NCBI GenBank assembly: GCA_035533475.1
Contig: DATLTS010000046.1
Coordinates: 2,229 to 66,228, forward strand
Direction: 5' to 3'
From: Mycobacteriales bacterium
GTDB taxonomy: Bacteria; Actinomycetota; Actinomycetes; DATLTS01
DNA: 64,000 nucleotides
The translations under genes were made by a program, and so were the position numbers. Positions 12,224-22,202 of this stretch are shown here, in pieces. How positions within the stretch are numbered: position 1 is the first letter of the stretch; each line of letters begins with the position of its first letter. The notes under the pieces were generated by a model. That model was not told the origin of the DNA. It saw nothing but the letters and a program-made list of their open reading frames with translations, and ran no database searches.

Positions 12224-12279
12224 TGGGAGCGGCGCGCGCGGGTGTTGCTGCGCGACATTCGGCGTTTCGGGACGGCCAC
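12106..12279 (-). CDS. rpmF: 50S ribosomal protein L32
   Basis: [21 protein letters not shown]...C..C....C motif. GTG start inferred. The listed 160-aa ORF is an upstream extension overlapping the DUF177 gene. Confidence 0.85.
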   Translation of the reverse strand: MAVPKRRMSRSNTRARRSQWKTTAPTTVDCPRCKQAKLPHAACAVCGFYNGRRVLTV

Positions 12280-12281
12280 GG

Positions 12282-12833
12282 TCAACTCTCCTCGTTCTCG
12301 TCGGTCACCAAGCGGAGGGCGGCCCAGCGGGGGTCGGCCTCGACGTGCATGTGGCCCGGTTCGACGTTGTCTAGCCGGGCGCCGCACCCTGGGCACAGGC
12401 CCGGGCACTCCGCCCGGCACAGCGGTGTGAGCGGAAGTGCGAGCACGACCGCGTCCCGGACCGCCGGCTCGAGGTCGATGAGGTCGCCCGCCAACCGGCC
12501 GGTCTCCTCGCCGGCGTCGTCGTACGCGAACAACTCCTGGAGCTCGGCCTCCACCTCGGCGGCGACCGGCTCCAGGCAACGTCCGCACTCGCCGGAAAGC
12601 GGAGCACGGGCGGTTCCCGACACGAGCACCCCCTCGACGACCGCCTCGAGCCTCAGATCGAGTTCGAGATCGGTGCCTTCGGGGACGCCGATGAGCTCGA
12701 GGCCGAACCCGCCCGGCGCCGGGACCGTCCGGCGGACCCGGCGCATCGACCCGGGGCGCCGCCCGAGTTCCCGGGTGTCGAGAACGAGCGGGGCGCGGGG
12801 ATCGAGCCGGGGCGCAGTGTGATCGCGAGGCAT
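12282..12833 (-). CDS. DUF177 (YceD-like) protein
   Basis: 183 aa with a conserved C-terminal CxxC...CxxC region (CRAECPGLCPGCG). It sits in the conserved yceD-rpmF position. Confidence 0.8.
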   Translation of the reverse strand: MPRDHTAPRLDPRAPLVLDTRELGRRPGSMRRVRRTVPAPGGFGLELIGVPEGTDLELDLRLEAVVEGVLVSGTARAPLSGECGRCLEPVAAEVEAELQELFAYDDAGEETGRLAGDLIDLEPAVRDAVVLALPLTPLCRAECPGLCPGCGARLDNVEPGHMHVEADPRWAALRLVTDENEES

Positions 12834-12883
12834 GGTGAGGTTCGGTCTCAGGCAGACCGTAGGGGCATCCTACCGAACGGCGG

Positions 12884-13390
12884 TCAGTGCGGGAGCTCCG
12901 GCTCGTCCGGGTTCTCCTGGAGCCGGCTCAGCTCGTGCTGGCCGGCCAGCTTGGAGCGGCCGCGCTCGACGGCGGCGAGGGTCTTGTTGAGCACGATCTC
13001 GAAGTTCGCGAGCTTCTTGTCGACGTAGTCCTCGACCTCGGCCCGCATCTGGACCGCGGCGTCTTCCGCGTCGCCGACCAGCCGCTCGGCCTCGAGTGCG
13101 GCCTCCGCCACCACCTCGGTCTTCGCGATCAGGCGGGCCCGCTCATCCCGGGCCGCCGCGATGATCCGGTCGGCATCCTGCCTGCCCTCCTCGACCAGCT
13201 GGTCCCGGTCGCGGAGCAGGCGCCGGGCTTGGCTCATCTCCGCCGGCAGCATGGCTCGCAGCTCTTCGAGCTGGTTGAGCAGCTCGACGCGGTTGACCAT
13301 GCACGAGGCGGACATCGGCATCGCCCGCGCCCCTTCGATCAGGCCGACGATCTCGTCCAGCTTGGCCGGTACATCCACGGGACCGGTCAC
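12884..13390 (-). CDS. Conserved coiled-coil protein (Rv2927c/SepIVA-like, ATP-synthase-b-like helix)
   Basis: 168 aa, highly helical (LEELRAMLPAEMSQARRLLRDRDQLVEEGRQDADRIIAAARDERARLI). Position is conserved between coaD and the DUF177 gene in Corynebacteriales. Confidence 0.6.
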   Translation of the reverse strand: MTGPVDVPAKLDEIVGLIEGARAMPMSASCMVNRVELLNQLEELRAMLPAEMSQARRLLRDRDQLVEEGRQDADRIIAAARDERARLIAKTEVVAEAALEAERLVGDAEDAAVQMRAEVEDYVDKKLANFEIVLNKTLAAVERGRSKLAGQHELSRLQENPDEPELPH

Positions 13391-13896
13391 TTCCGGGGGG
13401 TGGGCGGCCGGTCGGCGGCGTAGCGCGAGGCAACTCGGTCGGTGAGCCGGGTGAGCACGCTGAGCGGCACCAGTCCGGACACGTCCCCACCATAGGTCGC
13501 GACCTCCCGGACGAGGCTCGACGAGAGGAAACTGTAGAGCGGGTTGGTCGGCATGAACAGCGTCTCCACCCCGGCGAGGCTGTGGTTCATCTGGCCCATC
13601 TGAAGCTCGTAGTCGAAGTCGCTGACGGCCCGCAGGCCCTTGACGGCGACCTGGATCGACCGATCCCGGCAGAAGTCGACGAGCAGTCCGTAGAAGCTGG
13701 CGACGGTGACGTTGGGGTACTCGGCGACCACCTCACGCAGCATCTCCATCCGCTCGTCCACGTCGAACAGGCTGCTCTTCGACTTGTTGACGAGAACGGC
13801 CACGACGACCTCGTCGAACAGCCGGCTGGCCCGGCCGATGATGTCGAGATGACCATTGGTGACCGGGTCGAACGACCCGGGGCAGACCGCCCGTCG
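13387..13896 (-). CDS. coaD: Phosphopantetheine adenylyltransferase
   Basis: AVCPGSFDPVTNGHLDII H/T-x-G-H motif, with ...SSSLVRE near the C-terminus. Start taken at the internal ATG (MRRAVCPGSFDP). Confidence 0.9.
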   Translation of the reverse strand, partial: RRAVCPGSFDPVTNGHLDIIGRASRLFDEVVVAVLVNKSKSSLFDVDERMEMLREVVAEYPNVTVASFYGLLVDFCRDRSIQVAVKGLRAVSDFDYELQMGQMNHSLAGVETLFMPTNPLYSFLSSSLVREVATYGGDVSGLVPLSVLTRLTDRVASRYAADRPPTPRK

Positions 13897-13910
13897 CACG
13901 CGCGTCCTCC

Positions 13911-14486
13911 TCAGCACGCCTCCGGCGGGGCGGCGGCGCGACCGTACCAAAGCCGAGCTTCACCGTAACGGCGGTCCCGGTCGGGGACCACCCCGGTGGG
14001 CCACCGCCAAGCGCCGTCCCGGACGGCCCGCTCCACGACGACGACCGCCCCGGCCGCCAACCAGCCACCGACCCGGAGTCGGCTCACCGTCGCCGCCAGC
14101 TCCTCGTCCCCTACCGCGTAGGGCGGGTCGGCGAAGGCGACGTCGAAGCGCTCGGGCGCGCCGGCGAGGTAGCGCCGCACGGCGAGCGGACGCACGACGG
14201 CACCGGGCAACCCGAGCCCGCGGGCATTGTCCGTCGCGGTCGCCACCGCCGTCCGGTCGGACTCGACGAGCACCACCCGCGCGGCGCCGCGGGACAGCGC
14301 TTCGAGCCCCACGGCGCCGGACCCGGCGTAGAGGTCGAGGAAACGGGCACCGGCGAGCGGGCCTCGAAGCGCCTCCAGAGTGGAGAACAGCCCCTCCCGG
14401 GCCCGGGCCGAGGTGGGTCGAGTCCGCTCCCCCGACGGCACGGCCAGCCGCCGGCCCCCGGCCGCCCCGGCGATGAGCCGGGTCAC
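13911..14486 (-). CDS. rsmD: 16S rRNA (guanine966-N2)-methyltransferase RsmD
   Basis: VTRLIAGAAGGRRL...DLYAGSGAVGLEALSRGA...VFADPPY signature. The GTG start overlaps the recG stop (GTGA). The upstream part of the listed 299-aa ORF is low-complexity R/G-rich and rejected. Confidence 0.85.
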   Translation of the reverse strand: MTRLIAGAAGGRRLAVPSGERTRPTSARAREGLFSTLEALRGPLAGARFLDLYAGSGAVGLEALSRGAARVVLVESDRTAVATATDNARGLGLPGAVVRPLAVRRYLAGAPERFDVAFADPPYAVGDEELAATVSRLRVGGWLAAGAVVVVERAVRDGAWRWPTGVVPDRDRRYGEARLWYGRAAAPPEAC

Positions 14487-16627
14487 GCCTTCTCCAGAAA
14501 CTCGGCGCGATCCTCGTCGAGGCTGGCCTCGACCGCCCGGGCCAGCTCCGGGTGACCGGCCAGCCCGGGGTCGGCCGCCACCAACGCGAGGGCCTCGGCC
14601 CGGGCCGCCTCGATCACGTCGCGGTGGCGCAACACCTCGAGCAGCCGCAGCCTCTTCTTCCGGCCGGACTGGGCCTCGCCGAGCACGTCGCCCTCCCGCC
14701 GCTGCTGGAGGTCGAGCTCGGCCAGCACGAATCCGTCGAGGGTCTCGGCGACCGCGTCGATCCGATCCCGGGCCGGCGTTCCGGCGGCGGCGGAGGTGAC
14801 GAGCAGGCACAGCCCGGCAGCGCTGCCCCGGCCGACCCGCCCGCGCAGCTGGTGCAGCTGAGAGACCCCGAAACGGTCCGCGTCGAGCACGACCATGACC
14901 GTGGCGTTTGCGACGTCGACCCCGACCTCGATCACGGTGGTCGCGACCAGGACGTCGATCCGTCCCGCCGCGAACGAGGTCATGACGTCGTCCTTCGCCT
15001 CGGCCGGGAGGCGACCGTGCAGGGCCTCGACGCGCAGCCCGGCCAACTCTCGCTCACGCAACCCGGCCAGGACGTCGAGCACCGCGGCGCTCCCCTCGGC
15101 CTGCTCCTCCTCGCCGGCCGCCGTCGCGGCGTCGATCCGCGGGCAGACGACGTAGACCTGATGGCCGGCGGCCACCTCTTCGGTGACCCGCTGCCAGCTT
15201 CGCTCCAGCCAGGCGGGCTTCTCGCGGGCCGGTACGACCGACGTGGCGATCGGCGACCGGCCGGCCGGCAGTTCGGTGAGCACGCTGGTGTCGAGATCGC
15301 CGAACACGGTCATCGCCACCGTTCGCGGGATCGGCGTGGCCGTCATGACCAGCAGGTGCGGCGGGCGCGCCGCCTTGGCCCGCAACGCGTCGCGCTGTTC
15401 GACCCCGAACCGGTGCTGCTCGTCGACCACGACCAGGCCGAGATCGGCGAACTCCACGCTCTCCTCGAGCAATGCGTGGGTGCCGATGACCAGTCCGGCG
15501 CTCCCGTTCGCCGCCGCCGCGAGGGCATCCCGGCGGGCGGCGGCGCCGAGCGAGCCGGTGAGCAGCGCGATGCCGGTGGCCCGGTCGTCGCCGCCGAGCT
15601 GACCAGCCAGGGCGAGCGGCCCGAGCAGTTCAGCGATCGAGCGCGCGTGTTGATGTGCCAGCACCTCGGTCGGGGCGAGGAGCGCCGCCTGCCCGCCTGC
15701 ATCGACGACGGTCAGCATCGCCCGAAGCGCCACCACCGTCTTGCCGCTGCCGACTTCGCCCTGAAGCAGTCGGTGCATCGGGTGCTCGCCGGCCAGTTCG
15801 GCCAGAATCGTCTCGGAGACCGCATGCTGACCGGCCGTGAGGGCGAACGGCAGCTGGGCGTCGAATCCGGCGAGCAAGCCGTCGGGACGGGGCCGGCGTG
15901 GCGTCGCCGGCTGGGCTCGGGCCGCTGCCCGGCGGCCGGCGAGCGCGACCTGGAGAAAGAAGGCCTCGTCCCAGATCAGGCGTTGCCTGGCTCGTTCGAT
16001 CTCGGCCCGCGACTCCGGGCGGTGCACCAGCTGCAGGGCTTCGGCCAGTCCGATCAGCCCGTGCCGGTCACGCACGTCGGCCGGCACTGGATCCGCCAGG
16101 TCCTGGAGGCCGTCCAGCACGATCCGGACCGCTCGACTGATCGCCCAGGTGTTCGCCGCCGCCCCGGCCGGGTAGATCGGGATCAGCGGGCGGGCGAACT
16201 CGGCGATGTCCTCCTCGTCCTTGCCGTCGATCAGCAGGTAAGCCGGGTGGGAGAGCTGGCGAACCCTGTTGAAGACCTCGACCTTCCCGGCGAACAGGCC
16301 GCGGCGGCCGGGCGCCAACCGATCGAGCAGCCACCTCTTGGCGTTGAAGAAGGTCAGGACCAGCTTGCCGGTGCCGTCGGTGAGCTCGACCTTCAGCAGG
16401 CTTCCGGGGCGGCTCGAGTAGGGGATCAGTGCGCTCTTGTCGATGTCGGCGACCACGGTCGCGTATTCGCCGACCTGGAGCGAGCCGAGGTCGGTGAGCT
16501 GCCCGCGCTCCGCGTAGCGGCGCGGGTAGTGGTGCAGCAGATCGTTGACGGTCCGGATGTCGAGCCCGGCCAGCGCGTTGGCCGTCTTGTCGCCAACGAC
16601 TCGCTTGAGCGGCTCGTCGAGTCTCAC
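14483..16627 (-). CDS. recG: ATP-dependent DNA helicase RecG
   Basis: Wedge/OB region is present. Helicase motifs include LQGEVGSGKTVVALRAML, DEQHRFGVEQR and TATPIPRT, with a C-terminal helicase domain. The start near 16627 (VRLDEPLKRVVGDKTANALAGLDIRTVNDLLHHYPRRY) is approximate. Confidence 0.9.
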   Translation of the reverse strand: MRLDEPLKRVVGDKTANALAGLDIRTVNDLLHHYPRRYAERGQLTDLGSLQVGEYATVVADIDKSALIPYSSRPGSLLKVELTDGTGKLVLTFFNAKRWLLDRLAPGRRGLFAGKVEVFNRVRQLSHPAYLLIDGKDEEDIAEFARPLIPIYPAGAAANTWAISRAVRIVLDGLQDLADPVPADVRDRHGLIGLAEALQLVHRPESRAEIERARQRLIWDEAFFLQVALAGRRAAARAQPATPRRPRPDGLLAGFDAQLPFALTAGQHAVSETILAELAGEHPMHRLLQGEVGSGKTVVALRAMLTVVDAGGQAALLAPTEVLAHQHARSIAELLGPLALAGQLGGDDRATGIALLTGSLGAAARRDALAAAANGSAGLVIGTHALLEESVEFADLGLVVVDEQHRFGVEQRDALRAKAARPPHLLVMTATPIPRTVAMTVFGDLDTSVLTELPAGRSPIATSVVPAREKPAWLERSWQRVTEEVAAGHQVYVVCPRIDAATAAGEEEQAEGSAAVLDVLAGLRERELAGLRVEALHGRLPAEAKDDVMTSFAAGRIDVLVATTVIEVGVDVANATVMVVLDADRFGVSQLHQLRGRVGRGSAAGLCLLVTSAAAGTPARDRIDAVAETLDGFVLAELDLQQRREGDVLGEAQSGRKKRLRLLEVLRHRDVIEAARAEALALVAADPGLAGHPELARAVEASLDEDRAEFLEKA

Positions 16628-18177
16628 TCGACGCCGAGCAACAGCGGTCGGTCCGGCTGGCCGCCGGCGTAGATCACGGTTTCGACGCCCGGCCGGACCG
16701 CCTCGAGGTAGGCGGCGATCTCGCCGCCTACCTCCGGATCCGCCGCACCGCCGGTGATCAGCGTCACCAGCTCTCCGCCGCCGATGAGCATCCGGTCGAG
16801 CACCCCGGTGGCCACGTCTCGAACCGAGCTGCCGACGACGACGATCTCGCCCTCGACCAGCCCGAGCACGTCGCCCCTGGAGCACGGTCCGGCCGGGGTC
16901 GAGGACTCCCGGACCGCGCTGGTGACCTCCGCCCAGCGGGTTGCACCGGCGGCGGCCGTCATCGCGATGACGTCGTCGGCGAAGCGTCGGCGCGGGTCGT
17001 GGACCGCCAGCGCGGCGAGCCCCTGCACCGGGGACTGGGTCGGGATCACCTCGACCGCGCGCCCCTCTTCGCGCGCCCGGGCCGCAGCGGTGTCGGCGAA
17101 CGGCCGGACCGCGGGGTCGTTGGGGAGCAAGGCGACCTGGTCGGCTCCGGTAGCCCGGACGACCGCGAGCAGGTCGGCCGCCGACGGCGGGCGTACGCCG
17201 TCGATCACGGCGGCGCCCTCGGCGCGGAAGAGCCCGGCCAGCCCTTCGCCCGGCGCCACGGCGACAACCGCCGCGCCGACCGCGGGCTGCGCCGGCGCGT
17301 CAGCGAACCGGGTCACGACGATCCGGTGCGGCCGGCCGGCCTCGATCCCGGCCTCGACCGCCGCACCGACGTCGTTGACGTGCACATGGACCGTCCACAG
17401 GCCGTCCCCGCCGACCACGACTAGGGAGTCGCCGAGACGGCCGAGCCGCTCGCGCAGGCCGGCCACCGACGTCTCCGGCGCGTCGAGCAGGTACTGGACC
17501 TCGTACCCGAACGCGAGACTGCCCGACTCCCGGGCCCGGACGGACGGCGCGGGGCCGGCGTTGACCGGGGTGCCACCCGGTTGGCCGCCGCAGACCGCGG
17601 CCAGCGCGTCCAGCAGCACGACGAGGCCCCGGCCGCCGGCGTCGACGACACCGGCCAGGGCGGCGAGCTTCTGCGGGCTGCGGACCAGCTCCTCCGCGGC
17701 CCCCCGCGCGGCGGCGTCCGCCACTCCGGCGAGGTCGTCACCGGCGACCGCGGCGGCTGCCTCGGCGGCGGCCCGGGCCACCGACAGGACGGTACCTTCG
17801 ACCGGAGTGGCGACGGCGGCGTAGGCGAGATCCGCGGCGCGACCCAGCGCCACCTCCAGCTCGCGGCCACCGGCCGGACCGGCGCCGAACACCTCAGCGA
17901 GACCGCGGAGCAGCTCGCTGAGGATGACTCCGGAATTGCCGCGCGCACCGAGCAGAGCGCCGCGGGCCATCGCGGCGACCGTCCCCGGCAGATCCGAGCC
18001 GACGGGTGGTAGTGCCTCGACCACCGCGGCCATCGTGAGCGCGAGATTCGTTCCGGTGTCGCCGTCGGGGACCGGGTATACGTTCAGCCCGTCGATCTCC
18101 GCACGAGCCCGCTGGAGGGCTTCGAGTCCGGCGATGCACCACCGTCGGATGTCGTCGGCGTCGAGGCGGTCGAGCAC
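16624..18177 (-). CDS. DAK2 domain fusion protein (YloV family)
   Basis: N-terminal DAK2 domain (LNVYPVPDGDTGTNL) followed by a DegV-like C-terminal region, the conserved partner divergent from rpmB. Start set at the GTG of VLDRLDADDIRRW. The listed 834-aa ORF runs through rpmB and thiD and is not real upstream of ~18300. Confidence 0.7.
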   Translation of the reverse strand: MLDRLDADDIRRWCIAGLEALQRARAEIDGLNVYPVPDGDTGTNLALTMAAVVEALPPVGSDLPGTVAAMARGALLGARGNSGVILSELLRGLAEVFGAGPAGGRELEVALGRAADLAYAAVATPVEGTVLSVARAAAEAAAAVAGDDLAGVADAAARGAAEELVRSPQKLAALAGVVDAGGRGLVVLLDALAAVCGGQPGGTPVNAGPAPSVRARESGSLAFGYEVQYLLDAPETSVAGLRERLGRLGDSLVVVGGDGLWTVHVHVNDVGAAVEAGIEAGRPHRIVVTRFADAPAQPAVGAAVVAVAPGEGLAGLFRAEGAAVIDGVRPPSAADLLAVVRATGADQVALLPNDPAVRPFADTAAARAREEGRAVEVIPTQSPVQGLAALAVHDPRRRFADDVIAMTAAAGATRWAEVTSAVRESSTPAGPCSRGDVLGLVEGEIVVVGSSVRDVATGVLDRMLIGGGELVTLITGGAADPEVGGEIAAYLEAVRPGVETVIYAGGQPDRPLLLGVE

Positions 18178-18310
18178 AGCGGCCAGCGTAGCCGCGGGTA
18201 GCGACGGTTCGGTTGGTCCCGGCGACCCCGGTCGGCTAGTCTGGATCCGCTTGATCGCACCGCCGGTCGACGAATCCCGCGCCGGCTGACCACGTTCAGG
18301 AGAGATCCCG

Positions 18311-18499
18311 TTGGCTGCCGTCTGCGACGTCTGTGGCAAGGGGCCCGGTTTCGGCATGTCCGTGTCCCACTCCCACCGTCGCACCAGGCGCCGCTGGAAC
18401 CCGAACATCCAAACCGTGCACGCGGTCGTCGGCGGCACGCGGCGCCGGCTCAACACCTGCACGTCCTGCCTCAAGGCCGGCAAGGTCAGCCGGGGGTAG
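18311..18499 (+). CDS. rpmB: 50S ribosomal protein L28
   Basis: 62 aa, [34 protein letters not shown]..., a canonical L28 sequence. Confidence 0.9.
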   Translation: MAAVCDVCGKGPGFGMSVSHSHRRTRRRWNPNIQTVHAVVGGTRRRLNTCTSCLKAGKVSRG

Positions 18500-19283
18500 T
18501 CCGCCACCGCCAGCCGTGGTCGACCGGGCCGATGCCCTGTCCCAGCGGGAACCCGGCGGCGATCGCGCCCGTCACGTAATCCTTCGCGGCTCGCGCCGCG
18601 GCCGGGACGTCCAGCCCGCGGGCGAGACCCGCCGCCAGTGCAGAGGCCAACGTGCAGCCGGTGCCGTGCGTGTGCCGGCGATCGAGCCGACCGGCCCGCA
18701 ACTCGAGGTGCGAACTGCCATCGGTGAGCAGGTCCACCGCGTCGCCCGACAAGTGGCCGCCGGTGACAAGGACCCAGCGCGGGCCCAGGGCGAGCACCGC
18801 GTCGGCCGCGCGGGACAGATCGGATTCCGCGTCGACGCGCAGGCCGGTGAGCATCTCGACCTCGTACAGGTTCGGCGTCACCACCGTCGCCAGCGGGAGA
18901 AGCTCGGTCCGGACGGTGGCCACGGCTTCCGGGGCGAGTAGCGGGTCGCCGTGCTTGGAGACGCCGACCGGGTCCACGACGAGCGGTGCCGTGATCCCGG
19001 ACAAGCCCTCGGCCACCGCCGACACCAGTTCCGGGGAGGCGAGCATCCCCGTTTTGACCGCGTCGACCCCGATGTCCCCGAGGACGCTCGCCAGCTGGGC
19101 GCGGACCGCCTCGACCGGTAGCTCCCATACCCCCTGGACACCGACCGAGTTCTGCGCGGTCACCGCGGTGATCACCGACATCGCGTGCACCCCGAAGGCG
19201 AGCATCGTCTTGAGGTCCGCCTGGATCCCAGCGCCACCCCCGGAATCCGAGCCGGCGATCGCGAGCACCCGCGGCGGGGTCAC
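18486..19283 (-). CDS. thiD: Hydroxymethylpyrimidine/phosphomethylpyrimidine kinase
   Basis: [23 protein letters not shown]..., VVDPV and [10 protein letters not shown] motifs are present. The GTG start overlaps the thiL stop. Confidence 0.85.
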   Translation of the reverse strand: MTPPRVLAIAGSDSGGGAGIQADLKTMLAFGVHAMSVITAVTAQNSVGVQGVWELPVEAVRAQLASVLGDIGVDAVKTGMLASPELVSAVAEGLSGITAPLVVDPVGVSKHGDPLLAPEAVATVRTELLPLATVVTPNLYEVEMLTGLRVDAESDLSRAADAVLALGPRWVLVTGGHLSGDAVDLLTDGSSHLELRAGRLDRRHTHGTGCTLASALAAGLARGLDVPAAARAAKDYVTGAIAAGFPLGQGIGPVDHGWRWRTTPG

Positions 19284-20269
19284 CCGGGGTCCGCGAAGTG
19301 CTCGTGCCCGGGCGCCCCGGGTGGCTCGCGATCGATCCAGGCGAGTCCGCTGCCGGCGAGGACCCTGCCGACCTGCGTCACCGGCCACGGTCGGGCCAGC
19401 CCGGCGATCCGCACCGCAACGCGCCGCGCATCCTGATCCGACAGCGTCGCAGCGAACGCGTGGTCGTCCCCACCGCCGGCCAGCCAGCTGAGCGGATCGA
19501 TGCCCAGCCGTGCGGCGGCGGTGGCGAGCTCGGGGCCCATCGGCAGATCCGCGGCGGACAGTTCGATCCGGACGGCGGACCGCGTGGCCACGTGCCCGAG
19601 GTCGCGGGCCAGCCCGTCGCTCACATCGATCATCGAACTGGCGCCGGCCTCGGCCAGCTGGAGCGCCGCCGGGTAGGCCACAACCGGCTGCCGGTGCGCC
19701 TGGGCGAGCCGGGCCAGGTCCGGCTCGTGGCCGAGCCCGGCCCGCAGCACGGCGAGTCCGGCCGCCGCCCAGCCCAGTCGGCCGACGACGAGGACCACGT
19801 CCCCGGGCCGGGCTCCGGCGCGGGTCACCGGAGCCCGCCCGGCCAGGTCGCCGAGCGCGGTGACCGAGACGACCAGCCGGTCGCAGCGAACCACGTCGCC
19901 GCCGGCCACCGCCGCGCCACCGGCCATCGCCTCGTCCCGCAGCCCGTCGGCCAGCGCCTCGGCCCAGGCGACGGGGAGGGCGGCCGGCGCGGCCAGGCCG
20001 ACGAGTAGCGCGGTCGGAGCGGCTCCCATCGCGGCGACGTCGGCGAGGTTCTGTGCCGCCGCCTTGCGGCCGACGTCGTAACCGCTGGACAGGTCACGAT
20101 CGAAGTGCACGTCCTCGACCAGCAGGTCGGTGGTCGCGACCACCCGGCCGTCCGGCGCCCGAACGACCGCCGCGTCGTCACCTGGCCCGAGCACGATCCC
20201 CGGCCCGGACGGCAACCGGGCGATGATCCGCTCGATCAGGGCGAACTCGCCGATGTCGGCGAGCGTCAA
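19280..20269 (-). CDS. thiL: Thiamine-monophosphate kinase
   Basis: [15 protein letters not shown]..., DDAAVV and [10 protein letters not shown] are present with an AIR-synthase-related fold. Adjacent to and upstream of thiD. Confidence 0.85.
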   Translation of the reverse strand: MTLADIGEFALIERIIARLPSGPGIVLGPGDDAAVVRAPDGRVVATTDLLVEDVHFDRDLSSGYDVGRKAAAQNLADVAAMGAAPTALLVGLAAPAALPVAWAEALADGLRDEAMAGGAAVAGGDVVRCDRLVVSVTALGDLAGRAPVTRAGARPGDVVLVVGRLGWAAAGLAVLRAGLGHEPDLARLAQAHRQPVVAYPAALQLAEAGASSMIDVSDGLARDLGHVATRSAVRIELSAADLPMGPELATAAARLGIDPLSWLAGGGDDHAFAATLSDQDARRVAVRIAGLARPWPVTQVGRVLAGSGLAWIDREPPGAPGHEHFADPG

Positions 20270-20355
20270 GGGCTCCGATACCGAGATGACAGCCTCCCCG
20301 ATAGATCGGATAGCGTGCCACTTCCAGTGCCGAGCGCCCGGGAGGTGGCACAGCC

Positions 20356-20592
20356 GTGACGGTTCAGGCCTACATCCTCATCCAGACCGAGGTCGGCAAG
20401 GCAGCGAAGGTCGCGCGCGACATCGCGGCCATCAAGGGCGTCACGATGGCCGAAGACGTCACCGGCCCCTACGACGTCATCGTCCGGGCCGAGGCCCGCA
20501 ACGTCGACGAGCTCGGCAAGATGGTCGTCGCGCGGGTCCAGGGCGTGGACGGCATCACCCGGACGCTCACCTGCCCGATCGTTCACCTCTGA
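20356..20592 (+). CDS. Lrp/AsnC ligand-binding (RAM) domain protein, stand-alone (78 aa)
   Basis: MTVQAYILIQTEVGKAAKVARDIAAIKGV...YDVIVRAEARNVDELGKMV..., typical of AsnC C-terminal domain-only proteins. Confidence 0.7.
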   Translation: MTVQAYILIQTEVGKAAKVARDIAAIKGVTMAEDVTGPYDVIVRAEARNVDELGKMVVARVQGVDGITRTLTCPIVHL

Positions 20593-20618
20593 ACCGGGGC
20601 CGCCTCGCGGGCCCCCTG

Positions 20619-21047
20619 TTGGCTGCCGCCTTCGCCGGCGGCTGCGGTGGGGGGGGCGGACCCACCCCGGTGGTCCCGCCGGTCCCGCCCAACCCAGCCG
20701 TCCGGGCGGCGTGCCTCCGGCTCGGCGCGACCCTGCCTGCCCGGCTCGACGGCGAGTCGCGCCGACGCACCGTCCCTGCCTCGCCGCTCACCACGGCCTG
20801 GGGGGATCCCGCCGTCGTCCTCCGCTGCGGGGTGGCGCGACCGGCCGGGTACAACGCCGCAGCCGAGACCGCCGTCGTCGACGGCGTGGCGTGGTTCCAG
20901 CAGGTGGGATCCGCGTCGGTGACCTGGACCCTCGTCGGGCGCGGCGCATACCTGGACCTACGGGTTCCGACGCGCTATCCGGCGCAGGCCGGGTTCCTGG
21001 TCGGCCTGGCCGGCCCGATCACCGCCGCCCTCCCGGCGACCGGCTGA
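20619..21047 (+). CDS. DUF3515-like putative secreted/lipoprotein (start uncertain)
   Basis: The open frame continues from the AsnC-like gene. FAGGC followed by a Gly/Pro linker suggests a lipoprotein, and a conserved C-terminal domain is present (VVLRCGV..., VDGVAWFQ). No convincing start codon with a signal peptide was found; the TTG at 20619 is a guess. Confidence 0.4.
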   Translation: MAAAFAGGCGGGGGPTPVVPPVPPNPAVRAACLRLGATLPARLDGESRRRTVPASPLTTAWGDPAVVLRCGVARPAGYNAAAETAVVDGVAWFQQVGSASVTWTLVGRGAYLDLRVPTRYPAQAGFLVGLAGPITAALPATG

Positions 21048-21060
21048 GCCGGCGGTCGAC

Positions 21061-22182
21061 TCAACGCAGCCCCGGCCGGCGACCCAGCGCGGTCCGGATC
21101 AGCCGGTCCACGAGCGCGGGGTAGTCCAGGCCGGTGGCTGCCCACATCCGGGGAAACATCGACGCGGGGGTGAAACCGGGCATCGTGTTGAGCTCGTTGA
21201 CGGTGAGCGCCCCCGCGTCGTCGAGGAAGAAGTCCACCCGGGCCAGGCCCTCGCAACCGAGCGCGGTGAACGCCGCGGCGGACAACCCCCGCACCTCGGC
21301 GAGTACCTCCGCCGGTAGCCGGGCCGGAACGTCGAAGGTCGTGTCGCCCAGATACTTCGCGTCGAAGTCGTAGAACTCCCGCCCGGCCCCGACATGGATC
21401 TCGGCCGGAAGGCTGGTGTCCGGCAGCGCGCCGTCCAATCCCTCGAGCACGCCGCACTCGATTTCCCGGCCGACCATCCGGACCTCGACGAGCGCCTTCG
21501 TGTCGTGCCGGAAGGCGAGTTCGAGGGCCGCGGCCAGCTCGTCGCGAGTTGCGGCGGAGCTGATCCCGAGGCTCGAACCGCCCCGTGCCGGCTTGACGAA
21601 CACCGAGCCCCCGAGGTCGTCGAGCCGGTCGAGCGCGCCGTGCGGATCCGCAATCCACTCGCGCTCGCGGACGAGCGCGAACCGACCGACCGGAAGCCCG
21701 CGCGCGTCGAGCACCAGCTTCATGTACTCCTTGTCCATGCTCGCCGCGCTCGCGAGGACCCCGGAGCCGACGTAGGGAACCCCGGCCAGCTCGAGCAAGC
21801 CCTGCACCGTTCCGTCCTCGCCGTAGGGACCGTGCAGAAGCGGGAACACCACGTCGACCGCTTCGAGGGGGGAGGCCTTCGTTGAAGGGTCGAGAAGGAG
21901 CAGCGCAGTGGCGGTCGGGTCACCCGGCAACGCGAGTGCCGGCCCGTCCGGATCCACCTGTGGAAGTTCGCCGGATGCACCGACGAGCCGCTTCGGGTCG
22001 TCGGCGGCGAGCAGCCAGCGACCCTCCGGGCTGATGCCGATCGGGACGACGTCGTATCGGTCTCGGTCCAGTGCGGCGAGCACGCTCCCGGCGGACATGC
22101 AGGAGACCGCATGCTCGCTACTGCGACCGCCGAACAGGACCGCGATCCTGATCCGTCGACTCGGTCGACTCGGCCCCGGCAC
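21061..22182 (-). CDS. ddl: D-alanine--D-alanine ligase
   Basis: IAVLFGGRSSEHAVS..., HGPYGEDG and an ATP-grasp domain (SSLGIS, ECGVLE, EINTMPGFT). Confidence 0.9.
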   Translation of the reverse strand: MPGPSRPSRRIRIAVLFGGRSSEHAVSCMSAGSVLAALDRDRYDVVPIGISPEGRWLLAADDPKRLVGASGELPQVDPDGPALALPGDPTATALLLLDPSTKASPLEAVDVVFPLLHGPYGEDGTVQGLLELAGVPYVGSGVLASAASMDKEYMKLVLDARGLPVGRFALVREREWIADPHGALDRLDDLGGSVFVKPARGGSSLGISSAATRDELAAALELAFRHDTKALVEVRMVGREIECGVLEGLDGALPDTSLPAEIHVGAGREFYDFDAKYLGDTTFDVPARLPAEVLAEVRGLSAAAFTALGCEGLARVDFFLDDAGALTVNELNTMPGFTPASMFPRMWAATGLDYPALVDRLIRTALGRRPGLR

Positions 22183-22202
22183 CGGCCGACCCTATCCGCA
22201 GG

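Noticed and set aside
14552-16672. 706-aa plus-strand ORF
   Set aside because: Shadow of recG.
10135-19128. Long N-terminal extensions of listed ORFs (rnc 330 aa, rpmF 160 aa, rsmD 299 aa, recG 800 aa, DAK2 834 aa, gpsA 468 aa, CoA-transferase A 453 aa, serine hydrolase 472 aa, LLM 437 aa)
   Set aside because: The extensions overlap the upstream gene in another frame and are Arg/Gly-rich. Starts were moved to internal ATG/GTG codons consistent with family N-termini.
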